From assembly GCA_047495785.1 (NCBI GenBank), contig JBLDXI010000048.1, positions 558,001-622,000 of the forward strand: a stretch of DNA of 64,000 nt, in the 5' to 3' direction. Below are positions 24,701-38,768 of the stretch, one piece after another. The stretch's first letter is position 1. Every line of letters begins with the position of its first letter. A program made the translations under genes and the position numbers. The stretch is from Lepidodermella squamata. Taxonomy: Eukaryota; Animalia; Gastrotricha. Under the pieces are notes generated by a model that ran no database searches, was not told the DNA's origin, and worked only from the letters and a program-made list of their open reading frames with translations.

Positions 24701-26746
24701 GAACTTCTGGGCGCGCGCTGCCTCCAACTTATCAATGTCTGTTATGTGATACGGTAAGCAGACCGAAAGGCACCAAAAATCAAGACGCGGAAGAGTGTAG
24801 GTTTTGGACGCTTTTAGCCGTAGAGACTTCGATGTGAACGATTTGCATATTATGCCATTAATTAATGGTAACGTCTGGACAACGCATTGCAGTGCTCAGG
24901 GAACGTAAGGTGCTTATATCAACGATCATTGCGAGATCTTTAACTGAATCGACAACATTTAGCTCGCAGGAGAAGGGGCTAAGATCCCTCACGACCTCCA
25001 GTTTGAGAATTCGCGGGTAGACGAACCTCATTTTGATCCAGGGAAACCGGGAAACCAGGAGATTCAAAATATACCTACACATTACCCATATTCAAATATT
25101 AACAACTTTGATAACCCACTGAAGCATTTGTAGAGCGTGTTCAACTTGAACGAGTCGAGCAGTGACAGGTGAGAAGTTTGCCCAAAACTTGTTACATATC
25201 GTCGATCGGACGGATACCAGTCGGGTAAGAAAAGAGGCTGATGTGCATCTGTTATTGGATTGAAAAGCGAATCGTAGTCGAATTGAGTCGCATTGTAGTA
25301 CGTTTGGGCGTCGTTGATAGCGTACCTAGTTACATAAATCCAATAATGTGCCAGTCGCTTGACATAGAATTCTCAACAAACCTATTTTCGTAACCAGGGT
25401 ATGGGATGAGGTATTGGTCGCGATCGGGCCGCCTTATTTCCATTGTTATTCCAAAGGCGAATGCGATTTTTCTGACCAGGATTTGAACCTAATTTGAACA
25501 GCATTTTCGCGATTTCTTTCACGACAAAATATAGAGAAACTTACTGGAAGGTCATTTTCGCTGAGAACTTGTTGAAAGCCAACAAACTTCAAAGGGTAAT
25601 CAGTAGAGTAACCACCCCAGGACCTGAAAATGTGTCGTGAACAGTGAACAGAGTCGCTAAAATGAAATTATTTACGGCATTGTTAAGAAAATGATCGAGT
25701 TGGGTTGATTCAGGTCGATTGTCGATCGTTCCTCAAATCTCAGGCAAGTAACCGATTCGATTAGCGCAATTGCTTGCTTTGCAATCCCTTTATACTCATC
25801 GGCTGGAAAAACAAATAAGTTAACAACTTCTGATTAATAAATTCACTTTTAGGCAAGATTAACTAAATATGCATAAACAATTTCTACTTTTTCAGATATA
25901 CTTGTTATTTAACCATAACCTTAACCATGAGATTCCCCGAGCTATTGACCATAAACAGCCCGAATCCATATTAATTTATGAGCTTAACATGGAATTCGCG
26001 ATAATGACCCTAATACCGCACTTAATGCAGGCATCAGCTGTTGCGCGCTAATGTAGCGGTGCTAGAATTTCAAATTCCAGGGTTACGAAATTAAAGGTAG
26101 GGCCCAGCTAGAACTACAGTGCAGAAGCATGATTATATCACAATGAATCGCAAAACTGAAAACCCCACAAAAGATGAAATAATCAACCAGAATCGTTCTT
26201 TATAGCGAAAAGTTCACTATAAAAGGTTCGTTATAAACGAGTTTGGCGACATGTAAAAGTGGCTCGTGCCACTCAATTTCGCTCCATATAGTCGCTATCT
26301 GACCAGTTCCGTTATAACAAAAGCGCGCTGTAAAAGAAAGAAGCGTCAAAATGCCTCAAGGCTCAAGTCGGCTGAGAGCGAGCGCGACTAAGTCTCACAC
26401 ATTTTTTGCAGAATTGCCCTACGTTCATGATAAATTTGAAGGTATTAGCTGCGATCTTCAGAACCACGGAAATAAAATGTGCAAACTTACTCATGTCTAG
26501 ATCGCCGACCGTTGATAAATACCACGTTCCATTGTTGAATGTGTAAGGAATGGGCAAGGGCCAGGGCGTAGCGGCCGGTTGGCCCGGCGTGAAGGCATCG
26601 GTCCAGTCAGGGTACATTTTCAAATTTATAGCAGGGATTGCCGGATCAGTGTTTTGAAATGGCGGTAAGTTAAACGGCTCTCCTGAACGGCACGACGAAA
26701 GTCGAAAGAACGAATAAACAGAAAGAAGAACGTAAACACGCAACAT
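21751..26746 (-). CDS. Secreted non-catalytic astacin-like protein A: pseudo-astacin + EGF + CUB + partial kringle + second CUB + kringle-like + Cys-rich tail
   Basis: Signal peptide; WPLPIPYTF; IESVTCLRFEER; VRKIAFAFGITMEIRRPDRDQY in place of HExxHxxGxxHExxRxDRD; FDYDSLF; GQ..LSLLDSFKLNTLYKC; CQNGGYPNPSFNCTKCVCPDGLGGDVC; GCGGEIYV; DYEGSLLTKTSTGATxTRW. Exon phases checked and consistent. Confidence 0.8.
24640..24960 (-). mobile_element. Degenerate CR1/L2-like LINE RT C-terminal fragment in an intron
   Basis: VVDSVKDL, KTYTLPRLDF, LPYHITDIDKLEAARAQKF resemble post-RT LINE motifs; absent from the equivalent intron of gene B. Confidence 0.55.
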
Positions 26747-28868
26747 TGAATATAGTGATTAAACTACAAAACTAGGAAATTAAATTAGAAGCAATTATCA
26801 AGCAGTCATCAGGAAGAAATATTCAATAAATCAGTAATCAGTGCAAGGAAACGGCTGAATCAGTGCGTGTCGAACAATTTCCTCTGAAATCAAGACATTT
26901 TATGAGTTAAGCCTCCTTGAAAAATCGAAGCCCATTCAGACCATTCAATTTTTACTACGAATTGTTACCGTTTGTCTATGGTCGATGGTTGAGTCAAAAA
27001 TCATTATTGATTGAAATGTGTGTCTGTGAGTCGCATCAGAATATCAATTTTATGAAACTAGGATTGCTGATTGAAAAATCACTAAAAAAATATATATGTT
27101 ACGATCGCGAGAGAAAAGAAGCGAGATGTTTTGAAATCAAGAGGCCTCTTAGTCGCGCGTGCCCACAATTTTGTTTTCGAATTTCGAGAAGAGCACGCGA
27201 TTAAAATGGTGGACGTAAACTTTCCTAATGAATGAACGTCTCTAAACAGAGCGGTTTACATTTGATAATAATTCTGGAGGAAGCACTGAACTTCTCAAGC
27301 TATTTGTGCTAAAATGAGAGGTCCTTCGCCCAGGACTGGAATAAGTATCAAACCATCCGGTACCGAAGCTCGGAAATTTCAGCTAATTTTGAATAAAAAT
27401 TTGGTCCGCCGTCCGCTTCGTCCTCCCGATCCGCGAAGCTGTCGAGCAACTACGTCTCTCTGCGAACCCGGTGCCCCGGTCTCCGCTAGCCCTGATCGCC
27501 AGCAGGCTTCCTCGGGGTCCTCTGCCCACCTTCGGTGTGTGATCGTTCCGTGTCTCTTCCGTCTTTCTACATCTTGTACGTCTTGTCTTGTATAATCCTG
27601 GTTCCTCTTCTCCTTTCTTTTCTTTTTCTTCCTGATGCACTCCTTCTGTTCTGATTGACCCATTACATGTAATCTTCTGCATACGATAAATATTCCTTTA
27701 GCTCGCCCACTAGCGTCCTCAGCGCACTGCCGCCGGCAAGCGCATGTCGTCTCACAACCGCGTGCCATCTCTGTCACTTTGTATATGTATATTGTTCGCA
27801 AGAAAGAAATTTATTATGTTATATTGTTCTTTTATATTTTTGTGACTGATGGACAAATAAATTTGAATTTAGAATTTAGAATTTTGGTCGAAAAACACAA
27901 CTTTTCGTAGTATTTTTCGGAAACTTCCCGAATTTCCCCCATTTTCTTCCTAATTTTGCCGCAAAGTGACGCCGAAGTGCGTCCCAAGATAAAATCTAAC
28001 AATACAGCAGCCTGCAGGAATAGGTCTTATAGGCTGAATTTTTTTATTCGAGGATGGTTTGGTAAATGAGGACAGTAGGCGAAAAATGAGCCAGTTTTGC
28101 TGCAGGAACGACAAGTTCTGATATTCAGATTTTTCTTAAGATTTTTCGGCGTCACAGTGCGAAATTGCCGCCACCATGGATAACGTGGTAGGACACTTTT
28201 TCAAGTCCTGCCTTCGCCATAACATCGTTCTCGCCGGAAAGAATGCAATATGTGACGCCGTTTCCAATTGAATACGCAAACGCTTGTCGTTACGTAATTC
28301 AGGTGCTTCTAGATGCCTTTATGGCCTTACAGACCGTTTATTTATTTATCTTATTTCAGAGTTACTTGCATTATCGCGTAAGCGATCTGAGCAATATACA
28401 GTACAATATTCAGCAATAATGAAAAGCAATATATTGGTTTCTTGGTACTTGAACACAAGCTTTCAAAAATGCTGACTGAATGGTTGCTGTTGATGTAACA
28501 ATGGTGTCCTTTCGAATGAAAAGGCATGAAGTGATGTATCTCTGTCAAATTTGACGCCAAAATGACTCGATCACAATAATAATAGATGAAAGTGAGAAGT
28601 GAGCAACACGGTATTGGGGGTATTTTGGCTATTCGAAAAGACTGAATCGGGTCCATTCATTCGAGTGAAGTACGAGACTTCATCAATTTCAAATGCAGAT
28701 TACAATTATCCGCAACCGGAGCCCATTTTCAGTGCGAACAGTCGAAATATGCAAGCCCGCATTTTATTTTGTATCAGCCCTGACAAACTCTCACTACGCA
28801 TGCAAATTCATTCAACTGCATCTCGCCACTACTCTCTTCACTCGGCGCTTGATCGTAATTCATTGTTT

Positions 28869-29311
28869 TCACAGCTTTTTCACGTAGGTGGTGCCGGTGA
28901 AGCGGGGAGGATTGGAAATACGCTTCAAGCAGTTGGACTTGTTTGAAAAGACGCACGACTTGGTGTTCGGATTGAAACGGAACGCGTAACAGTCCTTAGT
29001 GCTCGAACACGCCTGGCCACATAGCGCCTCATTCGCTTGGCTCTCCTGAGCGTAAGAGCCCTCACAGTCGTCAAAGGACATCGTTCCGAATCTGGAAAGG
29101 ACATCTTTCCTCAACTTGAGGTAGTCCGCTGAAAAGTTGGCCACGTCAATGATCAAGAATATTCGATGGAAGCAAAATACTCACAAGAACTCATCGTCGT
29201 AGTCGGTGGGGCTTTAGCGACTCGTGCATCTTTGATCAGAGATACGGCCAACGCCTCAGGTTGAATGGCGAAGCCAATAAGTAGAACGGAAACAGCGATC
29301 TTTGCGAACAT
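28869..29311 (-). CDS. Small secreted PAN/apple-like domain protein (copy 3), 2 exons
   Basis: ATG 29311, intron 29129-29184; exon 2 protein identical to copy 2. Confidence 0.75.
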
Positions 29312-29748
29312 GTTTAAAACTCAAAAGTTGAATTAAAATGAGAAAATTAAAGGAATGCTATTCCTGACAAATTATACGCAGCTTCTCGGCTTTTCGGTTG
29401 TCTTTGTTGAAACAGGCGCTGACACTAAGTCTTGTACGTTATAGCGCCGAGCTTGTACGTGAAAATAGAAGCATCACGGACTTGATAATCGTAAGACAGG
29501 TTTGATATCTTGAAAATAAGGCAAACCGAAACTTGACGAAAGGGAATCATAAGCACAAATTCGCACTTGTCACATACATTTATGTGACTTTATCCAATGT
29601 ACGTGAAATTGAGAATTGAGAATAATACCATCTCCGTTAAATTCCTTGTGAAAAACCATCGACAGATCACATACAGTCAACAGACAGGTGCATTTCGAAA
29701 ACATTTTGCTCACGTACAATCACCGGATATTTTCAGCCATGATTCAAC

Positions 29749-30393
29749 GGCCGTAGATGTTTCTATCGGAACAATGTCTCTGCTACGCGGAACAAAATCT
29801 CTTCTACCGTCGGAATCTATCGGAATAATAAAAATATCTCTTTTCTCACGAAATTATTTATTTCCCTCTCAATATCTTTTTACTCGACTGAAATGTCTTT
29901 TTTCGGCGAAACGCTTAACCACGCTTCGGAGGACGACCACGCCTCTTGCCACCACGAACGGGAGCAGCAGCTTTCACTGATTGATCGCCAGTAGCTTCAG
30001 CTTCGATGACAGACGAACTGACCTTCCTCCTCCTCGTCCTAGCCATCGTCCTCCAGCAGAGCTGTTAATTCAAAACATCCGGAGGCACTCAAATAAAGAG
30101 AGATAAGCAACCAAAGGCGAAATTGTGGAAATATCATTGCTGTATCGTTCTATCAATGTTGAAAATCAACTACTGAGAATTATTCCTTTTTCTGGCCCGA
30201 AGACGACTAATCGGCAACGTGGTCTCCTGCGCTGACGCGTGACCGCCATCTTTTAATTGCTTTATTGTTCCGACGGAAAAGAGATACTTTCCGATAAATT
30301 AGAAAATTTTCCGCATTAAAATGTCTTTCGGATAATTGTAGATATTTTGTTCCGTGAACCAGAGACATTGTTCCGATAGAAAGATATTACCTC
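29749..30393. mobile_element. 645-bp non-autonomous DNA transposon with 8-bp target-site duplication
   Basis: GATTCAAC at 29741-29748 and 30394-30401; single copy at the empty paralogous site ~18293; imperfect TIR core tttctatcggaacaatgtctctg. Confidence 0.9.
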
Positions 30394-30528
30394 GATTCAA
30401 CCGCTCCTGGTTCAACAGAAGCAAATAGGCGGCAAGGAAGCGAGAAATCGGCTAGGAGAATCATTCTCAATTTGCCAAGTTTCTTATTACTTTCCAGTGA
30501 TAAACTTTCACCAATTCTTCATTTGAAC

Positions 30529-30860
30529 ATGCCTTCTTGTTGCGCTGTTTATGGCATGCGTTGCTGTCCAACAAACGATGGCTTCGGCCGTTGTTAAATG
30601 CCCGGAGAGTGGGTTGAAGATTTCAGCGTGTGTGTTTATATTTTCTTGCAGAACCTATAATGTTCGTTATTCCGCTGACTGGCTGATGGCTATAGTAATT
30701 GCCCGATTCGGCAAGGCTAATGCGAATCAATGCAACGGCTACTTCACAGCGATCAAGAAACTGGCGAACACTGCCGAAAGTGGCGATGAAATGCCAAGGC
30801 TTCCATTATTTCTATAGCAACAAGACCTGCTATGTCTCCAACAAAGATCAGTGCATGACA
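30529..30860 (+). pseudogene. Plus-strand PAN-like pseudogene
   Basis: ARFGKANANQCNGYFTAIKKLANTAESG then a frameshifting deletion before KCQGFHYFYSNKTCYVSNKDQC. Confidence 0.6.
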
Positions 30861-31323
30861 TCTGATTTTGAACCTCTTTCTTCATCTACAAGCTCGATTT
30901 GAAGTTTGAAGGTTGAAGTCCTTGTGCTATCCCGGTTATTCGTTCTTGCAAAGTTGCAACACTACCTACTAGCCACTAGCCTACACGAAGTGCATAGCTG
31001 ACTATAAGAGTGCTGAAACATGAAGTCACGTTAATCCACTATGAGCAATCAAGTTAATTGACACGACAAGGGAGCATAACAACATATTACTCAAACTGTG
31101 TCGATGAGTATTCCCGAGAAAATAGCCAAATTAATTCATGTTTCGCGGATCCGCAAGCGAAATTTGTATTTGAGTAAAACTATGCAAGGAGGCAGCTAAG
31201 AAATTTGCAGATGAACAACTTGAATCAGCGCCCGTGCATATAAAGCGGCCAGAAATCGTCATGGAAATCATCCGCAAACCAGAATCCATCAATTGCAGCT
31301 AACCTTATATCAGCTATCTAGCA

Positions 31324-31783
31324 ATGGCCGTTACGCAAGCTATGTATGTCATTTTCGCTCTGGCCGCCTTGGCCACCTTCGCAGGTAATTTTCGTGAGCC
31401 CCAATTTTGAGAAAATAAATTGTAACGTTTGACTTGTAGATGCCCTAACATGCTACGATGGTAGCGATGGAACAACAAACACGTGCAATGGTACGCAATA
31501 CACCGCTTGCTCGGTAAGTCACAACTACTTTGTTGAAACCATTGTCATTGTCCGATTTCTAAAGAAATCTGTTACGAAAACAACATTGTTCGGCGCCACA
31601 ACCACCTCGATTTCAAAGGGCTGTTCAACGAGCTGTACACCGGCTAGCGGCTGTGCTTTGACGATCGCATGCTCGGAGGTTTATTGCTGCACGACTGATA
31701 AATGCAACTCTGGTGAAATGGCGACGCCACTGGCTGCTCTTATCTTGGGTGCTACAGCACTCATCTACTTCGCCAAGATGTAA
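31324..31783 (+). CDS. Ly6/uPAR three-finger protein, predicted GPI-anchored (copy 2)
   Basis: Same 3-exon structure; differs from copy 1 by L->M in the signal peptide and S->G in the GPI tail. Confidence 0.88.
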
Positions 31784-32943
31784 CGAATCGAACGACAAAT
31801 TGACTTAACGTTCATTAGTTTTTAGTGGGATTCTTTGATTCAAAGAGAACGTAGTGATCACACGTTTCGATTCTTCTGGACTCTCACTACGCTCCCTATG
31901 ATTATTCTAGACTAATGTGTGATGGCGCGTTTTTTCCCAATTTTTCGCGCAGGAATCGATTCACCGAATAAATTTTATCATAGATATCCACGGGATTCAT
32001 GAATTCCAATTCAAAATTGCCTATTACTAATTACCATAAGAACTGAAAACAACTGAATGTTAACGCTATTGCCGTGCAATTTCGCCCAAATTTGGGTCTT
32101 CTTCAACTATGCCAGTCAGTTGAATTTTCAGAAAGCATTTAGGCAAAAAAGGAATTATATAGAGGAGTTATTGGGCTATCGATTGTCGGGTTTTGCAAGT
32201 TCGGACGATTTTGCATTAATTTATGGTTAGTTTTGTCGCCACCTAAACTCGTGGCCGGAATTAGGGATTAGGACTCGAAGCGGCCAAAATTAAGGATTGT
32301 CTATGCATTAGCATTCTTTAAATAGTTTTGTAGTTTGTTTCGTAATGCTTCCTCGGCTACCTAGGTAAAGACCTAATTATAGAATAATTATAGAAAACCA
32401 TCAAAGTGATGACTAAAGATTTTTACCTGCCCTTTATAGTTAATTAGTTAACTAGAGGGAAATCTCGAGGGAAAATAAGGCTCTAGGCAATAGTCAAAAA
32501 CTTCCCATGATGACCAAACAGTTTAAAGAACTAAGGATGTTGGAATAAAAAGCTCACGTTACACGTTCGCTCACGTACAGCTGATATTTCTAGCCTGAAT
32601 TTAACCGCGCCAGGTTTGCGCCAAAGGGAAAGTGGGCGGCACGGAAGCGAGAAATCGGCTGGGAGAATCATTCTCAAATTTTTCATCTGTCGACCTGTCG
32701 ACCTGTTCACCTGTTCTTCGGAAGACTGAAGGCAATAATATCATTCGAGAACTTTACACAATTTTATTGAGCACAATGATCATGTTGAAGTTTGATGGAA
32801 CAGCTAAAGCAACAGTCACAGGAAAAACTGTGACATAACATCCTACATATTTAGGGCGCATACTTTATTAGAAGTCTTTCAAATTCATCGATCACTTTTT
32901 GTTTCTGCATTAGTTGGTTCTTAAGTTAGATGATTTGATTGAG

Positions 32944-35900
32944 CTAAACGCCGTTGTAGCATTTGGAAGGATCGGTGTATGAAGTTTCGCCCGCAAACTG
33001 ATCAACAATAAATGTGGTTATTCGCAGAGAGAACCTTGGAAACGCCGTAAATACCTCAGTTGATTTGCAGCCGAAATTCGCCCGTCGGCATTCAGCAAAT
33101 TTGGTCTTTTGAGCGTCGTTGTAACAGCGAACGTATTTCTGTCACGATTGAGTAAATCATGAATGAAGATTAAAGATTCCACAAACCATACCCAGTTGAG
33201 ATCAGCTCGGTGGTTACAGGCCAGAAGGTTGCGGCCGAAGAAAGCGAAAGCGTTGAACGCTGGAGACTGAAAGAACATTTTGAAAGCTCATTCTCAAAGC
33301 TGGACGTCAACTCCTACGAATTTGGTTTCCCCGGGTAGACAAGCTTGATCACCAGCTATGCAGCGGAAAGTCGAGCCCTTCACGCATTTCCTCACATTCT
33401 GCGAGGCGGAAAACTAGTTTTGGTAGGCGAAACAGAGCATAACTCACGCCCTTGTTGCAGTTGTCCGTGAACCGAGTAGTCCACTCTTTGAAAACTGTTT
33501 CGCCTTCCCGGCAGTACCGCCTGCACGCCTCGAACTGGCCCGTTACCGAGTTGATGCAACGGTAAGCAACTTGAGCTGAAATATCATAGCAATTTTAACT
33601 AGTGGATCTGTGTGTTATCCTAATCAATATGTTAAAATCCTGTCTGATCGGCGAGCCGTTATACGTGCACTAAAACGGCACCAAAAAAGCGCGGATCGCA
33701 AAGAAAAATTAGCACCCAACAACCCCTGAGGCGAAGAACGCATTTATTATCTAGTTGAGGTGAATCGCAGACGGTCGTTTAATCCTTAATCTAACCTGCA
33801 GTGTCCAGACAGCGCCATTTGGCTGCGATCAGACCGATTAATTAATTGAAATCTAATATCCGTTTAGCCATTGAGAACAGAAGCTATTATGTAGGCGAGG
33901 TAAAGACTGGACTTACTACAACTTTTGATTCGGTCAGAGTTCTCACAGTCGACGAAACCATCATCGCCCCAGCATTGCAACTCAGGGGAATCAAATCCCT
34001 GGCCACGGCAAGAATTGCCAGCTGCAGTTAAATTGCCTTTAGGCAGATCACTGTACCGTAATTGCGGCCCGGTAACGTCAGCCCAGCGCGTGCAAGTTGC
34101 GCCTGTTGAGGTCTTAGTCAAGAGTGATCCTTCGTAGTCGTTCGCGCTCGGCGTGATGCGGCATTCCCGTGTGAATTCAGTTGCTTTTACGCCAGGGCAG
34201 GTCGCAAATATCGTTAATGTGGCGCTCTCTTGTTGACCTTGGTAAGGCATGTGAGAGTATATGAGTGCCTCGTTTTTATCGGTTACAAAAACACGGCCGT
34301 GCCAGGCAGCGACTCTGCAAAACCTGTAATTTACGACGGTAGAAACAATTGAAATTGAAATTGAAATGTTTAACATTCATACTTGAATCCTGGATATCCA
34401 TCAGCTCCCAGGTTTCTTATAAGGAAATAGTTCATGCAATTCATAGCCCCTGAAACAAGTAAAAGCATGAAACTGAAATTGCGTGTAGCTTATGTACAAA
34501 CATGCATATTCCAGGTTGGGGATAAACGGGAATGTGAACATCAAGCCACTTGTATTCCCCTGAACAAACAATATTATTTATTGGTTCATTCTAATGCCTT
34601 TTTATTATTTCATACCGTTATGATCTTCCACGAACAGCCAATCGTACCAACCGTACCAACTTTAGGCGTTGAAATATTCGCTACAGAACAGGGACTCACG
34701 TAGATTTCACCACCACAGCCTTTCGCTGGATCAGTCGGGTACGGGATGTCGCAGACGTTGCCACCCAGGCCAACTGGGCAAACGCATTTCGTACAGTTGA
34801 AACTTGGATTCGGATAGCCTCCATTTTGGCAGGCAATCGTCGTTGTGTTGCAAGCATTCGAATCTGGAAGGAAGTCGACATGCCATTTCGGATTAAAAGC
34901 TGATCATAATATTTTTTAGATGACTAAAGTACGGACGATAATTTCTTTTGCCTAGCATTCTCATTCCGTAACGAAGAGAAATTATTTGGAGCTAGGAGCG
35001 GGCTTCACCAGTCGATAGATCTAGTCTGTGGTAAACTTTCCTAAAATCCTCGTTTGATTGGGATAAAAGTTTTCAAAAATGAATATTTCCCCAAAAATCA
35101 CAAGAAGCCTTTTTGTCACCAATTCCCCAAATTTTATCCCAATTTAACGAGGATTTTAGGAAAGTTTACCACAGACTAGATCGACTGGTGGAACCCGCTC
35201 CAAATAATTCCTCACAATTCAAAAAAATGCTAGGCAAGAAGTTATCATCCGTACATAAGTAATAAGACCCCAAAAAAGCCGACCCCAAAAAGGGGGCAAG
35301 GGCCAAGATCCCTCCGCGAGGGTCATGTCCTTCGATCTTCGATTTGACCGCCGCATGTTGAAACCGGGCGATTCAAAATACATTTCATCATATATAATCA
35401 AATAATAAATAAAGATGGTAACCCACTGAAGCATTTGTAGAGTGTATTCAACTTGAATGAGTCGAGCAGTGACAGGTGAGAAGCTTGCCCAATACTTGTT
35501 ACATATCGTCGATCGAACGGATTCCAGTCGAGTAAGAAAAGAGGCTGATGTGCATTTGTTATTGGGTTGAAAAGCGAATCGTAGTCGAATTGAGTCGCGT
35601 TATAGTAGGTTTGGGCTTCGTTGATAGGGTAACTGGTGCCACAAATCCATTAACATTCCATCCCGAGGCATTAAGTATTCAACGAACCTATTATCGTAAC
35701 CAGGGAAAGGGATGAGGTATTGGTCGCGATCGGGCCGCCTTATTTCCATTGTTATTCCAAAGGCGAACGCGATTTTTCTAACCAAGAGTAGAGCCTAATT
35801 TGAACCAGATTTTCGAGATTCTTTCGGTGACTTGAAGTCTAACTTACCGCGGCTGGAGATTCACGGGCGCTGATTCTTCTTTGAAAGCCAATAAACTTCA

Positions 35901-36706
35901 ATGGGTAATCAATAGAGTAACCACCCGCGCCCCTGAAAATTAATCGTGAACAGTGAACAGAGTCGCAAAAATGAAAATATTTACAGCATTGTAAAGAAAA
36001 TGATCGAGTTGGGTTGATTCAGGTCGATCGTCGATCGTTCTTCAAATCTCAGGCAAGTAACCGATTCGATTAGTGCTATTGCCTGTTTCGCAATCCCTTT
36101 ATAAGTTTCGGCTGTCAAAAATAAAGTTCAGTTGTCAAAATCGGGTTAAATTCCCTTTTATTCACGAAAATGATCCCAATGCTGCAAATCTCCCACTCAA
36201 TTGCGGGCGGAAACTGTTGCGCGCTAATGGTGCGGATCCCGGCGCCTGAATTACCAGGTTTAAGTGATTAAAGATAGGGCCCAACTAGAACTATAAAAGG
36301 AGTCTTCAACTTACACCTCAAGGCGGCTGAGGACGAATGCTTCTCGCAGCTTAGAGCAAATTTCAAGCATAATTGCCTTACGTTCATGATAAGTCCGAAG
36401 GTAGCTGAGATCTTCCTACCCGCAGAAAAACGCTCGAAACCGCGCGAACTTACTCAAGTCTAGATCACCGACCGTTGATAAATACCACGTTCCATTGTTG
36501 AATGTGTAGGGAATGGGCAAGGGCCAGGGGGTAGCAGCCGGTTTACCCGGGGTGAAGGCGTCGACCCAGTCCGGGTATATTGTCACATTTATGGCGGAAA
36601 TTGCCGGATCAATGTTTTTAAATGAATCAGTAAACGTTTCTCCCGAATAGCACGACGAAAGTCGAAGGAACGAAAAAACTGAAAGAAGAACGGAGAGACG
36701 CAGCAT
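32944..36706 (-). CDS. Secreted non-catalytic astacin-like protein B: pseudo-astacin + EGF + CUB + kringle-like + Cys-rich tail
   Basis: Signal peptide MLRLSVLLSVFSFLRLSSC; VRKIAFAFGITMEIRRPDRDQY; CQNGGYPNPSFNCTKCVCPVGLGGNVC; same exon layout as genes A and C; stop TAG at 32944. Confidence 0.8.
34929..35255. mobile_element. Foldback-type MITE (long inverted repeat) in an intron of gene B
   Basis: tctagtctgtggtaaactttcctaaaatcctcgtt (~35020-35055) is inverted at ~35145-35181; outer arms gtacgga..ttgcctagcatt / aatgctaggcaa..tccgtac. Confidence 0.8.
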
Positions 36707-38083
36707 TGAACTGTGATTAAACGATAATACTAAGAAATGAAAATGTAAGCAATTATCAAATGACCAAATGAATTTGTTTTATTTAACGTCATCCTTTCAG
36801 ACATTGCGATGTTAATTAGTTAGAAAAAGAGGGCCTTGCCCGTGAGGGTTTAGGGGACGGCTGACGGCAGGCGATCGGCTTATCGACCAGTCATCAGGAA
36901 GAAATAATATTATTCAATGAAGTCTGTACATTATAGCTCAAAGGAACTGCGAAATCAGTGCGTTTCAAACGATTTTCCCCGAATTCAGGACTGTTCCAGG
37001 TCTCGGGTAAAGCTTTCTTGAAAAATTGCGGAGCTCATTCAGCAACTAGTGGTAAGCTTGGTAAATACTTTTCCTCTGAATTGAAGCCTAATCAGGGCAA
37101 GTTTTCTCCATCAAAGCAAAACGAAGGTGCGCATGAAAATGAGATTCCTGATAGCCTCGATCTATCTTTACTTTTGATCGCTTAAGAGCTGATAACCAAA
37201 TTTACCAAGAGTGCATAGTAGAGTGAATAAATTTAAGCTTCAAGCTGGCGACTTCCTCCCGCAACATTTAGGGTGAAAACGTAAACAGCCACTAGCGCTA
37301 AATTTGAGAGTTTAGCATAAATTTTCCCCAAAATAGGGTCTATTGTCTATTGTTAATCAGGCTTCCCAGTTTATCAATCTTTTGTACGAATTACCTAAAC
37401 CTGGAGAGAAAACTCGCTACGATTCGACACATTTTCCTAATATTTTCGGAAATGAAGCTAAAGAGGAAGAACCGATCATAACGGCCAGCATTAAAAAGTG
37501 TATGCAGTGCGCGAAGTAGGATCCTCGAACTATGAGCTATGGGCTATTTTCGGGCTTAGGTTTCATGACCCCTGTGGTCAATTTGGTGTTCTCTACCTTG
37601 GCCCGCCGTACGATAAACTGGGGCGCTTGGGTCAATGATTGAGTCAGAAATAATAATTTACTAAATAACTTTGATTGCATTTCTTTTGCCTGAAGCTTGG
37701 GTAAGGAGTAAACCAGGTAAGGAAAATGAGCAGTATCGGAACATCAAATGAGTGAAACTACGAAGTGCTGATTGAAAATTTGATTCCGAAATTATAACGA
37801 ATGATCTCGAGAGAAAAGGAGCGATGTGTTTTGATATCAAGAGGCGCGTGTGCCCCGTTATTTTGTTATTCAAATTTCGAGAAGCGCACGTGCTAAAACG
37901 GCGGACGTAAACTTTCCTGATGAATGAACGTCTCCAAACACATTTGAAAATAATTCCGGACGAATCACGGAGCTTCTCAAGCTAAAACTGTGCTGAGATA
38001 CGAGAGAAGTCATGGGGGTCAGATTTTGCTGTGACTTGTATGTTGTTTGACACCATCAAATGACGATATATACCGATTAATAG

Positions 38084-38768
38084 GGCTCTACGACAATTTA
38101 GCAATACAAAGATAAAATCCGACATTTTTTCTGCGACATTTAATCAAAACAAAATAAAAAACGACATTATATAAAACTTGAAACTAGGGCCGACAATTTG
38201 GCAATCTTAATTAGGCAAAGTCATTTTAAAATAAATATTCATATGATTTTATTTATGTAGCAGCACCGACTTCAACAAAGTCACGTAGGTACAAAATTGG
38301 AAATCAGCAGCGACAAAATTTAGGTTTTTTTGATAATGAGTGAACCGACAAATCAGCGATAGGGGTACGGTTAGGTATGGTGAAGGTGGGTATGATAGAG
38401 GTACATGGTGCTGCCGTGGGTGCTACCGTAGATCGGTCAGTTTTAGCATTGGCCACTCCGGGTCAAAGGCGACAAATGACTGCCTAAACCCTAAACAGCG
38501 TAGTTACATTCGTTCGATCTCCTAATTTCATCACTTCTGCTCAATTTTTGCACGTAAAGTTAGAATTGTTTTTTTGCGGAAATGGTGGTGAAATTAGTTA
38601 CTTTTGAAAAAGTCACACAGAGATTTTGTCGTCGCTGGATTGTCGTTCTCATTATTTCGCTCAAAATATAATGTAATGTATCAAGGCGATTTTTTAAATT
38701 TTGTCGGAATTATTTGTGCTTTGCCAAATTGTCGTTTCATAAATTATTTTGCTAGATTGTCGTAACGC
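38084..38768. mobile_element. Mutator-like non-autonomous element with 9-bp TSD
   Basis: GATTAATAG at 38075-38083 and 38769-38777; TIR tacgacaatttagcaa / ttgctagattgtcgta; cgacaa subrepeats on the left, ttgtcg on the right; empty-site-like sequence at ~13208-13230. Confidence 0.8.

Larger units (their letters stand above)
28630..34745. repeat. Recent segmental duplication, unit 2
   Basis: Near-identical to 17180-23550 apart from a 645-bp insertion and two missing segments. Confidence 0.92.
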
